Source: a virus | Length of the DNA: 40,811 bases | Reading direction: 5' to 3' (one strand) | IMG/VR virus record: IMGVR_UViG_3300045988_159006 | Coordinates: 1 to 40,811 of that record | Shown here: positions 39,980-40,811 of the stretch, piece after piece | How the letters are laid out: each line of letters begins with the position of its first letter | Numbering within the stretch: the first letter of the stretch is position 1 | Made by a program: the position numbers and the translations under genes | Notes under the pieces: model-generated | Database searches by the model: none | Seen by the model: only the letters and a program-made list of their open reading frames with translations | What the model was told of the DNA's origin: nothing

Positions 39980-40465
39980 ATGGGGCCCATGGATTTCATC
40001 ACCATATCTAGCGTGGCCCCCACCAATCAGGGATTCTGGGCAGCGCTGTGGGGCTGGATCAGCCCCACAGAAGCCGTCACCCTGGCCATTATCGGCGCCG
40101 CTGGCACCTGGTACAAGATTTTCACTGACCGTAAAATGGCCGAGCTACGGGCCGAGGTCGACTGGGCCAAAGCCGACGCCGAGAAAGACGCCGCCAAAGC
40201 CGCCGCCCTAGAACGCAAAGCCGAGGCTATAGATAAAGCATCACAAGAGCTGAGGGAATGGCTCACCACGCGGGTATCGGTGCTGGAAGCCAAAGTGGAA
40301 GAAATGCAGCACGAACGCGAAGCCTACCTTCGCGTAGCTGCCGCCTTTTTCGACGTGCTCGACGACTACCCAGACCCACCAGGCCCGCCCAGAATATCCG
40401 CCCACGTTGCCAGCTACATCGGCTGGACAAACACCGACCTCAAACCCCAACCCCCCAACACCTAA
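39980..40465 (+). CDS. Membrane-anchored coiled-coil protein with Pro-rich C-terminus
   Basis: ATG at 39980 after ggagga. TM helix AVTLAIIGAAGTWY, then an Ala/Glu/Lys coiled coil. Confidence 0.6.
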   Translation: MGPMDFITISSVAPTNQGFWAALWGWISPTEAVTLAIIGAAGTWYKIFTDRKMAELRAEVDWAKADAEKDAAKAAALERKAEAIDKASQELREWLTTRVSVLEAKVEEMQHEREAYLRVAAAFFDVLDDYPDPPGPPRISAHVASYIGWTNTDLKPQPPNT

Positions 40466-40473
40466 AACCCCCA

Positions 40474-40510
40474 ACCCCCGCCCGGCACGCCACCCAGCCC
40501 GGGCGGGGGT
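40474..40510 (+). terminator. 12-bp GC hairpin ending the late operon
   Basis: acccccgcccgg-(13 nt)-ccgggcgggggt, followed by cttcccgcattt. Confidence 0.5.
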
Positions 40511-40656
40511 CTTCCCGCATTTATGCCCTTCCGCTATGGAACCCACGTTCGATTGTGAACTTGAAATGCCCCACCATTTTTCGCTCGAACGCCTATTCGC
40601 CCCAGTCGCCCAGAGCATCAGCCCTCCCTGTTTCTCCCGACTTTGGGTATAGCATG

Positions 40657-40678
40657 ATCCCACGACAATCCCACGACA
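40657..40678. repeat. Tandem ATCCCACGACA x2, candidate integrase arm-type sites (right arm)
   Basis: atcccacgaca at 40657 and 40668. The 18-mer is shared with 76-93. Confidence 0.45.
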
Positions 40679-40683
40679 CAAAG

Positions 40684-40712
40684 AACTAAAACAAACTAAA
40701 ACAAACTAAAAC
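40684..40712. repeat. 10-bp tandem repeat AACTAAAACA x 2.9
   Basis: Read directly from the sequence, in the att-proximal non-coding arm. Confidence 0.7.
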
Positions 40713-40782
40713 TTGTGACTTACCGCCTCAATGAAAACACCCGCCGACCAGGTAAAACACCAGCCGGCAGGTAGGGTGATTT

Positions 40783-40811
40783 CGTGCCTCCAGCAGGATT
40801 CGAACCCGCGA
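40783..40811 (-). tRNA. 3' end of a minus-strand tRNA gene continuing beyond the right window edge; att core, right copy
   Basis: Identical to 1-29. The reverse complement gives T-arm + acceptor strand TGGAGGC + A. The rest of the gene would lie outside the window, so the isotype cannot be read. Confidence 0.5.

Larger units (their letters stand above)
1..40811. mobile_element. Integrated temperate siphovirus-like prophage, att to att
   Basis: Identical 29-bp direct repeats at both window ends. Integrase sits next to the left repeat. A full lysogeny, early, replication, packaging, head, tail and lysis gene order lies between them. Confidence 0.85.

Noticed and set aside
1-40811. Reverse transcriptase-based elements (retron, DGR), transposases or IS elements, and rRNA
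   Set aside because: No RT-like, transposase-like or rRNA-like sequence was recognised in any frame, and no template/variable repeat pair was seen near the tail fibre genes.

Overview
The whole window is one integrated temperate siphovirus-type prophage (about 40.8 kb). The host is a high-GC Gram-positive (Actinomycetota-like: WhiB-family gene, leaderless-type promoter, GC-rich antisense ORFs). Bases 1-29 and 40783-40811 are identical 29-bp direct repeats. Their reverse complement reads as the T-arm plus 3' acceptor strand of a tRNA, so this is a tRNA-integrated element seen att to att. Layout, left to right: (1) a minus-strand lysogeny block with tyrosine integrase, a membrane-anchored HIRAN-domain protein, an ImmA/IrrE-type metalloprotease, a pair of 38-nt CRISPR-like direct repeats and an HTH regulator. 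(2) A divergent Cro-like switch and early genes: two antirepressor-type proteins, Xis-like HTH, WhiB, a 380-nt structured non-coding region, tandem paralogs, and a second minus-strand XRE repressor with its own leaderless-type promoter. (3) Replication and recombination genes: initiator-like protein with iteron-like repeats, a RusA gene split by an exact 87-bp tandem duplication, a small DNA methyltransferase, and a truncated methyltransferase fragment. (4) A lower-GC moron zone with one 190-aa orphan and two promoter/terminator-framed small membrane proteins. (5) The late operon: HNH, TerS, TerL, portal, MuF-like protein, scaffold, decoration, gpE-like capsid, connectors, major tail, chaperones G/GT, a 1944-aa tape measure, four minor tail proteins, M23+GH25 endolysin and holin. 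The most interesting candidates are: the HIRAN-TM protein next to the integrase; the mini-array-like repeat pair with a third degenerate copy at a methylase gene junction; a MuF-toxin/immunity module; a formal -1 slippery heptamer (A_AAC_CCC_UAA plus hairpin) that would fuse the major tail protein to a start-less 356-codon downstream ORF; a G8 tract splitting the portal C-terminus; and a tRNA/tmRNA-like structured region. All functional calls come from motif recognition by eye. No database search was run, and GC statements are visual impressions.
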